Shown piece by piece: positions 32,692 to 43,336 of a DNA stretch of 64,000 nt. The notes below the pieces were generated by a model. The model was not told the origin of the DNA. It saw only the letters and a program-made list of their open reading frames with translations, and made no database searches. Origin of the DNA: Gemmobacter sp. (GTDB taxonomy: Bacteria; Pseudomonadota; Alphaproteobacteria; Rhodobacterales; Rhodobacteraceae). A program made the translations under genes and the position numbers. The stretch spans positions 1,242 to 65,241 of the forward strand of contig NZ_JBKBQM010000009.1 in assembly GCF_046292685.1 (NCBI RefSeq), given 5' to 3'. Positions within the stretch are counted from its first letter, which is position 1. Each line of letters starts with the position of its first letter.

Positions 32692-33449
32692 CGGATTCTC
32701 CCTGCAATGTGGCGCACCAGATCGAGAACCGCGACGAAGCTGCGCACGAAAACCAGCCCGACCAGGGCCGCATCCAGGCTGTAGACCAGCCCCGGCACCG
32801 CGGAACCGGCAAAACGGTGCACCAGCCAGAGCTTGAGCGATTCGGCCAGCTGAAACCCGCGCATCAGGGCGGCATCGGCGCCGGATGCGGCCGGCGCGCT
32901 GTCCAGCCCGAATTGCAGCGCCTCCAGCAGCCCCATGTCGGCATAGGCGACCGGGTGCTGCACCACTGCCCAGTTGACCCAGGCCAGGATCGGCACGAAC
33001 ACGGCCGCCGGCAGCCAGGTGGCCAGGGCCACCGTCCAGCCCCGCACGTAGGCGGGCCGGAAATGCCGCGCCGCGGTGCCGCCGGCGCCAAGGCAGACCA
33101 CCCCGCCGGCAAGGCACAGCGCCGCCAGCACCAGCGCCTCGGGCCGGGTCGCCGACAGCGCGGTCCAGGCCATGACCGGCACGGCCACGGCCGCCAGTGC
33201 CAGCGCCGCCAGAAGGGCGGCGAACCGCCCTTGCAGCACACCGTTGAGCCAGGATTCGGGCAACAGCGCCGCCGAAAGCCGCGCCCGGTTCAGCGCCAGC
33301 CGCTGGGACGCGACCGCCGACACGATCACCAGCGCCAGCCCCAGCAAGGGCAGGCCGGCCAGGCTCGCCTCGGGATAGGTCAGCCGCGAGGCGGCCAGCG
33401 GCGCCAGGAATACCGCTGCCGCGGCAACAAGGATCAGAACGGTCGGCAC
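32688..33449 (-). CDS. Hypothetical polytopic membrane protein
   Basis: About 6 hydrophobic segments; ATGA coupling to the downstream gene; GTG start inferred. Confidence 0.7.
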   Translation of the reverse strand: MPTVLILVAAAAVFLAPLAASRLTYPEASLAGLPLLGLALVIVSAVASQRLALNRARLSAALLPESWLNGVLQGRFAALLAALALAAVAVPVMAWTALSATRPEALVLAALCLAGGVVCLGAGGTAARHFRPAYVRGWTVALATWLPAAVFVPILAWVNWAVVQHPVAYADMGLLEALQFGLDSAPAASGADAALMRGFQLAESLKLWLVHRFAGSAVPGLVYSLDAALVGLVFVRSFVAVLDLVRHIAGRIR

Positions 33450-33612
33450 GGCGGTTTCCCCGGAACGGTGCCAGTGACGCGGCAAAGGGCGGCAAAGTCA
33501 ACCGCCGTGCGGGTTTCGCGCGCGCGCCCTCTTGCCTGCGCGAGGAATCCGGGTAGTTTCGGGTTCCCTGACGGGCCGGTTTCCGCGCGGGGCAAGAACA
33601 GGGAGTTCCGGT

Positions 33613-34731
33613 ATGAAATTCAGCATCGAGCGCGCGACGCTTCTGAAAGCCGTGGCACAGGCGCAGTCGGTGGTCGAACGCCGGAACACCATCCCGATTC
33701 TGGCCAACGTGCTGATCGAGGCCGAAGGCTCGGGCGTGTCGTTCCGCGCCACCGATCTGGACATCGAGGTGGTGGACAAGGCCGTAGCCCATGTGGACCG
33801 CGCCGGGGCGACCACGGTTTCGGCGGTGATGCTGCACGAGATCGTGCGCAAGCTGCCCGATGGCGCGCTGGTCACCCTGACCGACGAGGCGACGCAAGGC
33901 CGGCTCGTCATCAACGCCGGGCGATCGACCTTCAACCTCGCCACGCTGCCGCGCGAGGATTTTCCGGTGATGGCCAGCTCGGAATACGTCTCGAACTTCT
34001 CGGCGCCGGCCCCGGTGCTGCGCCGGCTGTTCGACAAGGCGAAGTTCGCCATTTCCACCGAGGAAACCCGTTATTACCTGAACGGCGTCTACATGCACAC
34101 CGCGCAAGGCGAAGGCGGGCCGGTGTTGCGCTGCGTGGCGACCGACGGGCACCGCCTGGCGCGCATCGATGCGCCCCTGCCCGAAGGGGCGCAGGGAATG
34201 CCCGGCGTGATCGTGCCGCGCAAGACCGTGGGCGAGCTGCGCAAGCTGCTGGACGACGACGAAGCGCAGATCGCCGTGTCGGTCAGCGAAACCAAGGTGC
34301 GGTTCGCAACCCCCGGCGTGACGCTGACCTCGAAGGTGATCGACGGCACCTTCCCGGATTACACCCGCGTCATCCCCACCGCCAACAGCCGGCGCCTGGA
34401 AGTGGACGCCGGCGACTTTGCCAAGGCGGTGGACCGGGTGGCAACGGTTTCGTCCGAACGAAGCCGGGCGGTGAAGCTGAGCCTGGACGAGGATCGGCTG
34501 GTGCTGTCGGTCAACGCGCCCGATTCGGGGGCGGCCGAGGAGGAACTGGTCGTGGCCTATGGCGACGAGCGGCTGGAAATCGGGTTCAACGCGAAATACC
34601 TGCTGGAAATCGCCAGCCAGGTGGACCGCGAGAATGCGGTGTTCCTGTTCAACTCCTCGGGCGACCCGACGCTGATGCGCGAAGGCAACGACAATTCGGC
34701 GGTCTATGTCGTGATGCCGATGCGGGTGTGA
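33613..34731 (+). CDS. dnaN: DNA polymerase III beta clamp
   Basis: ERRNTIPILANVL, ATDLD, ETRYYLNG, ATDGHRL, YVVMPMRV. Confidence 0.98.
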   Translation: MKFSIERATLLKAVAQAQSVVERRNTIPILANVLIEAEGSGVSFRATDLDIEVVDKAVAHVDRAGATTVSAVMLHEIVRKLPDGALVTLTDEATQGRLVINAGRSTFNLATLPREDFPVMASSEYVSNFSAPAPVLRRLFDKAKFAISTEETRYYLNGVYMHTAQGEGGPVLRCVATDGHRLARIDAPLPEGAQGMPGVIVPRKTVGELRKLLDDDEAQIAVSVSETKVRFATPGVTLTSKVIDGTFPDYTRVIPTANSRRLEVDAGDFAKAVDRVATVSSERSRAVKLSLDEDRLVLSVNAPDSGAAEEELVVAYGDERLEIGFNAKYLLEIASQVDRENAVFLFNSSGDPTLMREGNDNSAVYVVMPMRV

Positions 34732-34742
34732 CCCGCGTTGCC

Positions 34743-34792
34743 GCGGGGGCTGTCTGCCCCCGCACCCCCGAGGATATTTTGGCAAGGTGAAA
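34743..34792 (+). repeat. Intergenic repeat copy R4
   Basis: gcgggggctgtctgcccccgc acccccgaggatattttggcaaggtgaaa. Confidence 0.85.
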
Positions 34793-34804
34793 GCCGGAGA
34801 CGGC

Positions 34805-35860
34805 ATGTTGACCGAATTGCGCCTTGCCCTGTTCCGGTCGCACCGCGCGGTGCGTCTGGCCTTTGACGGCCGGCCGGTGGCGATCTGGGGGCCGAACGGG
34901 GCGGGCAAGACCAATATCCTGGAAGCGGTGTCGTTGCTGTCGCCCGGGCGCGGTCTGCGCGGTGCGGCGGCCGAGGAGATCGGGCGCCGGCCCGATGGCG
35001 CAGGCTGGAAGGTGGCGGCGGTGCTGGACGGGCACGAGCTGGAAACCTGGGCCGAGGGGCCGGGGCGGCTGGTGCGCATCGACGGCAAGACGGCCTCGCA
35101 GGCGGCGCTGGCAGGGATTGCGCGCGTGGTCTGGCTGGTGCCGGCGATGGATCGGCTGTGGATCGAGGCGCCCGAAGGGCGGCGGCGGTTTCTGGACCGG
35201 CTGGCGCTGAGCTTTTTCCCCGGCCATGCGGAAACCGCGCTGGCCTATGAACGCGCGATGCGCGAGCGCAACCGGCTGTTGCGCGACGGGGTCGCGGATG
35301 CGGGCTGGTATGGTGCGCTGGAGGCGCGGATGGCCGAGGCGGGGGCGGCACTGACCGCCGCGCGGGCCGCAACGGTGGAGCGGCTGATGGCCGCGCAGGT
35401 GGAGGGGGCCTTTCCTGTGGCTGCCTTGTCGCTGGATCCGGGCGAAGGCGCTGCGGATCTGGCCGCGGCGCTGGTGGACGGGCGGCGGCGCGACATGGCC
35501 GCGGGGCGCACGCTGGCCGGGCCGCACCGCGCCGACCTGCGCGCGGTCTGGGCGGCCAAGGGCATGGATGCGGCGCTGTGTTCCACCGGCGAGCAGAAGG
35601 CGCTGCTGATCGCTCTGGTGCTGGCCAATGCCCGCGCGCTGGCCGCCGAAACCGGCGCCCCGCCCCTGGTGCTGCTGGACGAGGTGGCGGCGCATCTGGA
35701 CCCGGGGCGGCGCGCGGCGCTGTTTGACACCTTGTGCGGCATGGGGGTGCAGGCCTTTCTGACCGGAACCGAGGAAGCGCTGTTTGACAGTCTGGGCACG
35801 CGGGCGCAAAGGATGACGGTCGCCGACGAGGGCGGCGCATCGGTGGTGAGGCCGGCATGA
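34805..35860 (+). CDS. recF: DNA replication/repair protein RecF
   Basis: GPNGAGKTNILEA, RRRFLDR, GPHRADL, CSTGEQKA, LLDEVAAHLD. Confidence 0.95.
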   Translation: MLTELRLALFRSHRAVRLAFDGRPVAIWGPNGAGKTNILEAVSLLSPGRGLRGAAAEEIGRRPDGAGWKVAAVLDGHELETWAEGPGRLVRIDGKTASQAALAGIARVVWLVPAMDRLWIEAPEGRRRFLDRLALSFFPGHAETALAYERAMRERNRLLRDGVADAGWYGALEARMAEAGAALTAARAATVERLMAAQVEGAFPVAALSLDPGEGAADLAAALVDGRRRDMAAGRTLAGPHRADLRAVWAAKGMDAALCSTGEQKALLIALVLANARALAAETGAPPLVLLDEVAAHLDPGRRAALFDTLCGMGVQAFLTGTEEALFDSLGTRAQRMTVADEGGASVVRPA

Positions 35861-36282
35861 CCCCGCAGCGCGTGAGCCTGATCACCGTGGGTCTGGCCGA
35901 TCGGGCGGCGGCGCGGACATTCTTCGCCCGGCCGGCTTCGGTGGAACATGGGCTGAGCCAGTCGGGGGTGGCGTTCCATCAGTTGCAAGGCGCGGTGCTG
36001 GCGCTGTTCGGGCGCGCGGAACTGGCTGCCGATCAGGGGCGCGCGGGGGCCGATCCGGGCGCGGGCGCGGTGACGCTGGCGCAGAACCTTGCCACCGCGG
36101 CCGAGGTGGATGCGGCCTTTGCCGCCGCGCTGGCGGCCGGGGGCACGGCGCCGAAGGCCCCGGAACGGGTGTTCCGGGGCGGCTATTCGGGCGATCGGGC
36201 CGATCCCGATGGCCATGTCCGGGAGGTTGCGAAGAACGCGTTCTGGCCGCGGGGCGAAGATGGGAGCCTGACCCTGCCATGA
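35857..36282 (+). CDS. VOC/glyoxalase family protein, apparently degenerate (possible incipient pseudogene)
   Basis: RVSLITVG..D and FRGGYSG..ADPDGHVREVA, where the family usually has FWGGYSG..DPDGHxWE. Confidence 0.7.
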   Translation: MTPQRVSLITVGLADRAAARTFFARPASVEHGLSQSGVAFHQLQGAVLALFGRAELAADQGRAGADPGAGAVTLAQNLATAAEVDAAFAAALAAGGTAPKAPERVFRGGYSGDRADPDGHVREVAKNAFWPRGEDGSLTLP

Positions 36283-36899
36283 CTGTGACCCTGCACCAGT
36301 TGCTGCTTTACACGCTGGGCATGATCGGCCTGTGGGCCGTGCCCGGCCCGGTCTGGGTGGCGCTGACGGCGCGGGCGCTGTCGGGCGGCATGGCGGGGGC
36401 CTGGCCGCTGGCGGTGGGCGTCGCCCTGGGCGATCTGGTCTGGCCGCTTTGCGCCATCCTGGGCCTGGCCTGGGTGCTGTCGCTTTATGGCGATGCGCTG
36501 GCGGTGCTGCGCTGGGTGGCGGCAGCGGTGTTCGTGGCCATGGGTGTGCTGTTGATCCGCAAGCCCGCGGCCGCCCCCGGCACCGACAGCCGCCTGACGC
36601 GACCCGGCATCTGGGCCGGGTTTTCGGTGGGGGTCGCGGCAGTGATCGGCAACCCCAAGGCCATCCTGTTCTACATGGGGTTTCTGCCGGGGTTCTTCGA
36701 CCTGAGCCGCGTCACCGCCCCCGACATCGCCGCGATCCTCGCCATTTCCGCGCTGGTGCCGATGCTGGGGAACCTGGGGCTTGCGCTGTTTCTGGACCGG
36801 GCGCGGCGGCTGCTGCAAAGCCCTGCGGCGGTGCGGCGGCTGAACATCGGCTCGGGCGTGCTGCTGGTGCTGGTGGGGCTGGTGATCCCGTTCACCTGA
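36279..36899 (+). CDS. LysE family translocator
   Basis: PGP motif, GVALGD, GNPKAILFY. Confidence 0.9.
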   Translation: MTVTLHQLLLYTLGMIGLWAVPGPVWVALTARALSGGMAGAWPLAVGVALGDLVWPLCAILGLAWVLSLYGDALAVLRWVAAAVFVAMGVLLIRKPAAAPGTDSRLTRPGIWAGFSVGVAAVIGNPKAILFYMGFLPGFFDLSRVTAPDIAAILAISALVPMLGNLGLALFLDRARRLLQSPAAVRRLNIGSGVLLVLVGLVIPFT

Positions 36900-36921
36900 C
36901 CCCAAATATGGTGGCCAAGGC

Positions 36922-39424
<2,503 letters not shown>

Positions 39425-39450
39425 TGCGGGCCGAAGGGCCGCCCGGAAAA

Positions 39451-39532
39451 GGGGGGCGCTGCCCCCCTGCCTGATCGTGGCGCCTTGGCTGGCCTTGCGC
39501 CTGCCCCCCGGGATATTTGGGGCAAGGTGAAA
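39451..39532 (+). repeat. Intergenic repeat copy R5 (longer internal segment)
   Basis: ggggggcgctgcccccc...ccccccgggatatttggggcaaggtgaaa. Confidence 0.8.
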
Positions 39533-39560
39533 GGCAGCGCGGCGCCGCGCGATTCCGCTG

Positions 39561-39609
39561 CAGGATTTTCGAAAATCCTGTTGCATCTGCTGGCGGCTGA
39601 CCGCACACT
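39561..39609 (+). promoter_or_regulatory. Perfect 20-bp palindrome abutting a candidate -35/-10
   Basis: CAGGATTTTC|GAAAATCCTG (39561-39580), then TTGCAT-N17-CACACT. Confidence 0.65.
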
Positions 39610-39637
39610 CCGCCCCGAACCCGGAACGGAGGAAGCC

Positions 39638-40756
39638 ATGGCCCGCCCGCACGAGAACCACCGCGAAGATGTCGCCGGCCGCGCGAATGTCGAGGATACG
39701 CCGGAACTGCTGGCCTATTACGACGACCTGGACCGTTTCGGTGCCGGGGCGCTGTGGACGGTGGCCAACAAGATCGAACCCTGGGAGCCGAAGTCGACCT
39801 CGGTGCCGATGCTGTGGCGCTACAACGACCTGCGCGGGCATGTGCTGCGCTCGGTCGATCTGGTGACCCCGGAAAAGGCCGGGCGGCGGGTGATCTACCT
39901 GCGCAATCCGGGCCGCGACGATGTGGCGGCCGCGGTGGGCTGGCTTTACTCGGGCCTTCAGGTCATGCACCCGGGCGAAGCGGCCAGCGCCCACCGGCAT
40001 TCGGCCTCGGCGGTGCGCTTCATCCTCGAAGGGGCGGGCGCCTATACCGTGGTCGATGGCCACAAGATGACCCTGGGCCGCAACGACTTCGTGCTGACCC
40101 CGAACGGCACTTGGCACGAACACGCCGTCGCCGCCGACGGGTCGCCCTCGATCTGGCAGGACTGCCTCGACATTCCTTTCGTCAATGCGATGGAGGCGAA
40201 CTTCTACGAGGTGCACCCCGACCTGAGCCAGGGGGTTGCCTATACGGTCGACGACATGACCAAGACCTGGGGCAACGCCGGGCTGACGCCTTCGACCCAG
40301 TGGTCCAAGCCCTACAGCCCGATGTTCAAATACGAATGGGAGCCGACCTACGAGGCGCTTTGCCGCTATGCCGCCTGCACCGAGGGTTCGCCCTTCGACG
40401 GTGTACTGATGGAATACGTGAACCCCGCCACCAACGGCCCCGTCATGCGCACCATGGGCGCCAGCATGCAGATGCTGCGCCCCGGCGAGGCGACCAAGGC
40501 CCACCGCCATACCGGCAGCTACCTTTACACCGTCGCCAAAGGGTCGGGATACAGCATCATCAACGGCAAACGCTTTGACTGGACCGAGCGCGACATCTTC
40601 TGCGTGCCGTCCTGGGCCTGGCACGAACACGCCAATGCCAGCACCACCGAGGACGCCTGCCTGTTCTGTCTGTCGGACATTCCGGTGATGCGCGCGCTGG
40701 GGCTCTACCGCGAACAGGCCTTTGGCGACAACGGCGGCCACCAGCCCATCTTGTGA
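39638..40756 (+). CDS. Gentisate 1,2-dioxygenase-family bicupin ring-cleaving dioxygenase
   Basis: GRRVIYLRNPG, PGEAASAHRHSASAVRF, WHEH, second cupin KAHRHTGS..PSWAWHEH. Confidence 0.85.
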   Translation: MARPHENHREDVAGRANVEDTPELLAYYDDLDRFGAGALWTVANKIEPWEPKSTSVPMLWRYNDLRGHVLRSVDLVTPEKAGRRVIYLRNPGRDDVAAAVGWLYSGLQVMHPGEAASAHRHSASAVRFILEGAGAYTVVDGHKMTLGRNDFVLTPNGTWHEHAVAADGSPSIWQDCLDIPFVNAMEANFYEVHPDLSQGVAYTVDDMTKTWGNAGLTPSTQWSKPYSPMFKYEWEPTYEALCRYAACTEGSPFDGVLMEYVNPATNGPVMRTMGASMQMLRPGEATKAHRHTGSYLYTVAKGSGYSIINGKRFDWTERDIFCVPSWAWHEHANASTTEDACLFCLSDIPVMRALGLYREQAFGDNGGHQPIL

Positions 40757-40763
40757 GGAACCC

Positions 40764-41684
40764 ATGAAACTTGTGACCTACCGCGCCTCGGTCGAGGCGG
40801 CGGCCCGCCTTGGTGTCGTCAGCCACGATCACGTGGTCGATGTGGCCCGCCTCGGTGCGGCCTTCGACGAACCGCTGCCCGACTCCATGCTGGGGCTGAT
40901 CGACTTGGGCAAGCCGGGGCTCGACGCGCTGGCGGCGATTCTGGGCGAATGCGACGGCGTCTTTCCCCCCGGCACGGCCACGCATCAGGCCAATGTCCGC
41001 CTGCTGGCGCCCATTCCGCGGCCGCGCAAGAACATCTTCGGCATCGGCCTGAACTATCTGGACCACGTCGCCGAAAGTGCCGCGGCGCTCGATACCTCGG
41101 CCGACCTGCCGCGCCAGCCGGTGATCTTTTCCAAGCCGCCGACCGCCGTCATCGGCCCGGGCGAGCCGATCCGCCACGACAAGACCATCACCCGCCAGCT
41201 GGACTGGGAGGTGGAACTGGCCGCCATCATCGGCACCACCGCATCGCGGGTGGCGCGGGCCGATGCCTTGTCGCATGTCTTCGGCTATTCGGTGATGATC
41301 GACGTTTCGGCCCGCGACAACCGCCGCGCCGGGCAATGGATCGTGTCCAAGGGGATGGACAGTTTCGCCCCCTTCGGCCCCTGCATCGTGACCGCGGACG
41401 AAATCGAAAACCCGCAGTCGCTTGACCTGTGGCTGACGGTGAACGGCGTGGAAAAGCAGCGCTCGAACACCGCAAAGATGCTGTTCAAGGTGGACGAGCT
41501 GATCGCCGACATTTCCCGTGTCATCACGCTGGAACCCGGCGACATCATCGCCACCGGCACGCCGGAAGGCGTCGGGGCCGGGCGCACCCCGCAGGAATGG
41601 CTCTGGCCCGGCGATACCGTGGTGGCCTGCGTCGAAGGCATTGGCACCATCCGCCACCCCGTGATCGACGTCTCGGGGGATTGA
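40764..41684 (+). CDS. Fumarylacetoacetate hydrolase family protein
   Basis: GIGLNYLDH, FSKPP, DWEVEL, DVSARD, TLEPGDIIATGTPEGVG. Confidence 0.92.
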   Translation: MKLVTYRASVEAAARLGVVSHDHVVDVARLGAAFDEPLPDSMLGLIDLGKPGLDALAAILGECDGVFPPGTATHQANVRLLAPIPRPRKNIFGIGLNYLDHVAESAAALDTSADLPRQPVIFSKPPTAVIGPGEPIRHDKTITRQLDWEVELAAIIGTTASRVARADALSHVFGYSVMIDVSARDNRRAGQWIVSKGMDSFAPFGPCIVTADEIENPQSLDLWLTVNGVEKQRSNTAKMLFKVDELIADISRVITLEPGDIIATGTPEGVGAGRTPQEWLWPGDTVVACVEGIGTIRHPVIDVSGD

Positions 41685-41696
41685 CGCGCCGTCCTT

Positions 41697-41747
41697 CTTC
41701 ATTTTCTGTCCACAAGTATCCCGGGGGTCCGGGGGCAGCGCCCCCGG
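41697..41747 (-). repeat. Intergenic repeat copy R6 (diverged tail)
   Basis: Reverse complement ccgggggcgctgcccccgg acccccgggatacttgtggacagaaaatgaag. Confidence 0.65.
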
Positions 41748-41771
41748 CGCTCTCGCATCAGGAGCCGCACC

Positions 41772-42701
41772 ATGAACGCCCCCTTCAAGGTCGCCGTCGC
41801 CCAGATCGCCTCGATCCCGACCGACAGCCTTGCCACCGCGCGCAAGGCCGCGGCCACCTTGCGCGAGGCGGCCGGCCAGGGCGCGCGGCTGGTGGTGTTT
41901 CCCGAAGCATTGATCGGCGGTTACCCCAAGGGCGCCAGCTTCGGCGCGCCGATCGGCATGCGCAAGCCCGAAGGCCGCGAGGCTTTCGCGCGCTACCACG
42001 CCGCCGCCATCGACCTTGACGGGCCCGAGGTTGCGGCCCTGACCGAAGCCACCGCCGAAACCGGCGCCTTTGCCGTGGTCGGCGTGATCGAGCGCGACAA
42101 GGGCACGCTCTATTGCACGGTGCTGTATTTCGATGGCGCCAAGGGGCTGGTCGGCAAGCACCGCAAGTTGATGCCCACGGCGGGCGAGCGGCTGATCTGG
42201 GGCTTTGGCGACGGGTCTACCCTGCCGGTGTTCGAAACCGATTTCGGCACCGTCGGCGCGGTGATCTGCTGGGAAAACTACATGCCGGCGCTGCGGATGC
42301 ACATGTATCATCAGGGCGTCACCCTGTATTGCGCCCCCACCGCCGACGACCGCGACACCTGGATTGCCACCATGCAGCACATCGCGCTCGAAGGGCGCTG
42401 CTTCGTGCTGACCGCCTGCCAGCACATCACCCGCGCCGCCTATGGCCCCGATCACGAAAGCGCCCTGGGCGACGCCCCCGAAACGGTGATGATGCGCGGT
42501 GGCTCGGCCATCGTCTCGCCTTTGGGGCGGGTGATTGCGGGGCCGGATTTCTCGGGCGAAACCGTGCTTTACGCCACGCTCGACCCCGCCGACATCGCGC
42601 GCGGCAAATACGATTTCGACTGCACCGGGCATTACGCCCGGCCCGATGTCTTCCAGCTGACGGTGGACACCAACCCCAAGCCCGCAGTGCGCAGGGCATG
42701 A
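41772..42701 (+). CDS. Nitrilase (carbon-nitrogen hydrolase branch 1)
   Basis: Catalytic E-K-C: FPEALIGGYP, KHRKLMPT, ICWENYMP; GHYARPDVF. Confidence 0.92.
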   Translation: MNAPFKVAVAQIASIPTDSLATARKAAATLREAAGQGARLVVFPEALIGGYPKGASFGAPIGMRKPEGREAFARYHAAAIDLDGPEVAALTEATAETGAFAVVGVIERDKGTLYCTVLYFDGAKGLVGKHRKLMPTAGERLIWGFGDGSTLPVFETDFGTVGAVICWENYMPALRMHMYHQGVTLYCAPTADDRDTWIATMQHIALEGRCFVLTACQHITRAAYGPDHESALGDAPETVMMRGGSAIVSPLGRVIAGPDFSGETVLYATLDPADIARGKYDFDCTGHYARPDVFQLTVDTNPKPAVRRA

Positions 42702-43321
42702 GGTTCGATTACGACAAGCTGGGCCCGGGCATCGGCTACAAGCTGATGACCGCCACCATCACCCCGCGCCCGATCGCCTGGGTTTCCACGCTGGGCAAGT
42801 CCGGTGTGGTCAACGCAGCCCCCTACAGCTTTTTCAACGCGATGGGGCATACGCCGCCCACCCTGGCGCTGGGGCTGCTGGCCGACCCGGCGCGCGGCTA
42901 CAAGGATACCGCGCGCAATATCCTCGATACCGGGGAATTCGTGGTGAACCTGGTGCCCGAGCGGCTGGCCGAGGCGATGAACCTGACCTGCATCGACGCG
43001 CCACCCGACGTATCGGAACTGGACCTCGCCCGGCTGACCCCGGCCCCGAGCACCCATATCCGCGCCCCGCGCATCGCCGAAAGCCCGGTCAGCTTCGAAT
43101 GCGTGTCGCTTTCGACCATCGTTACCGGGCCGCACCAGACGGTGGTGATCGGCCGGATCCTCGCGGTGCACATCGACGATGCCTATGTCATCGACGGGCC
43201 GCGCGGCCATATCGACACGCCGGCGCTGGGGTTGATTGCGCGGATGCATGGCGCGGGCTGGTATGCCCGCAGCACCGACCTGTTCCAGCTCGACCGTCCG
43301 GTGTGGCCGCCCAAGACCTGA
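42698..43321 (+). CDS. Flavin reductase family protein
   Basis: PRPIAWVST, NAAPYSFFN, KDTARNI, GEFVVN, SPVSFEC; ATGA overlap with the nitrilase. Confidence 0.88.
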   Translation: MRFDYDKLGPGIGYKLMTATITPRPIAWVSTLGKSGVVNAAPYSFFNAMGHTPPTLALGLLADPARGYKDTARNILDTGEFVVNLVPERLAEAMNLTCIDAPPDVSELDLARLTPAPSTHIRAPRIAESPVSFECVSLSTIVTGPHQTVVIGRILAVHIDDAYVIDGPRGHIDTPALGLIARMHGAGWYARSTDLFQLDRPVWPPKT

Positions 43322-43336
43322 GCGGCCGCCCCCGGT

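Noticed and set aside
34787-34804. GTG within repeat R4 as the recF start
   Set aside because: ATG at 34805 has a GGAG SD and matches the usual RecF N-terminus; the GTG is part of the repeat tail.
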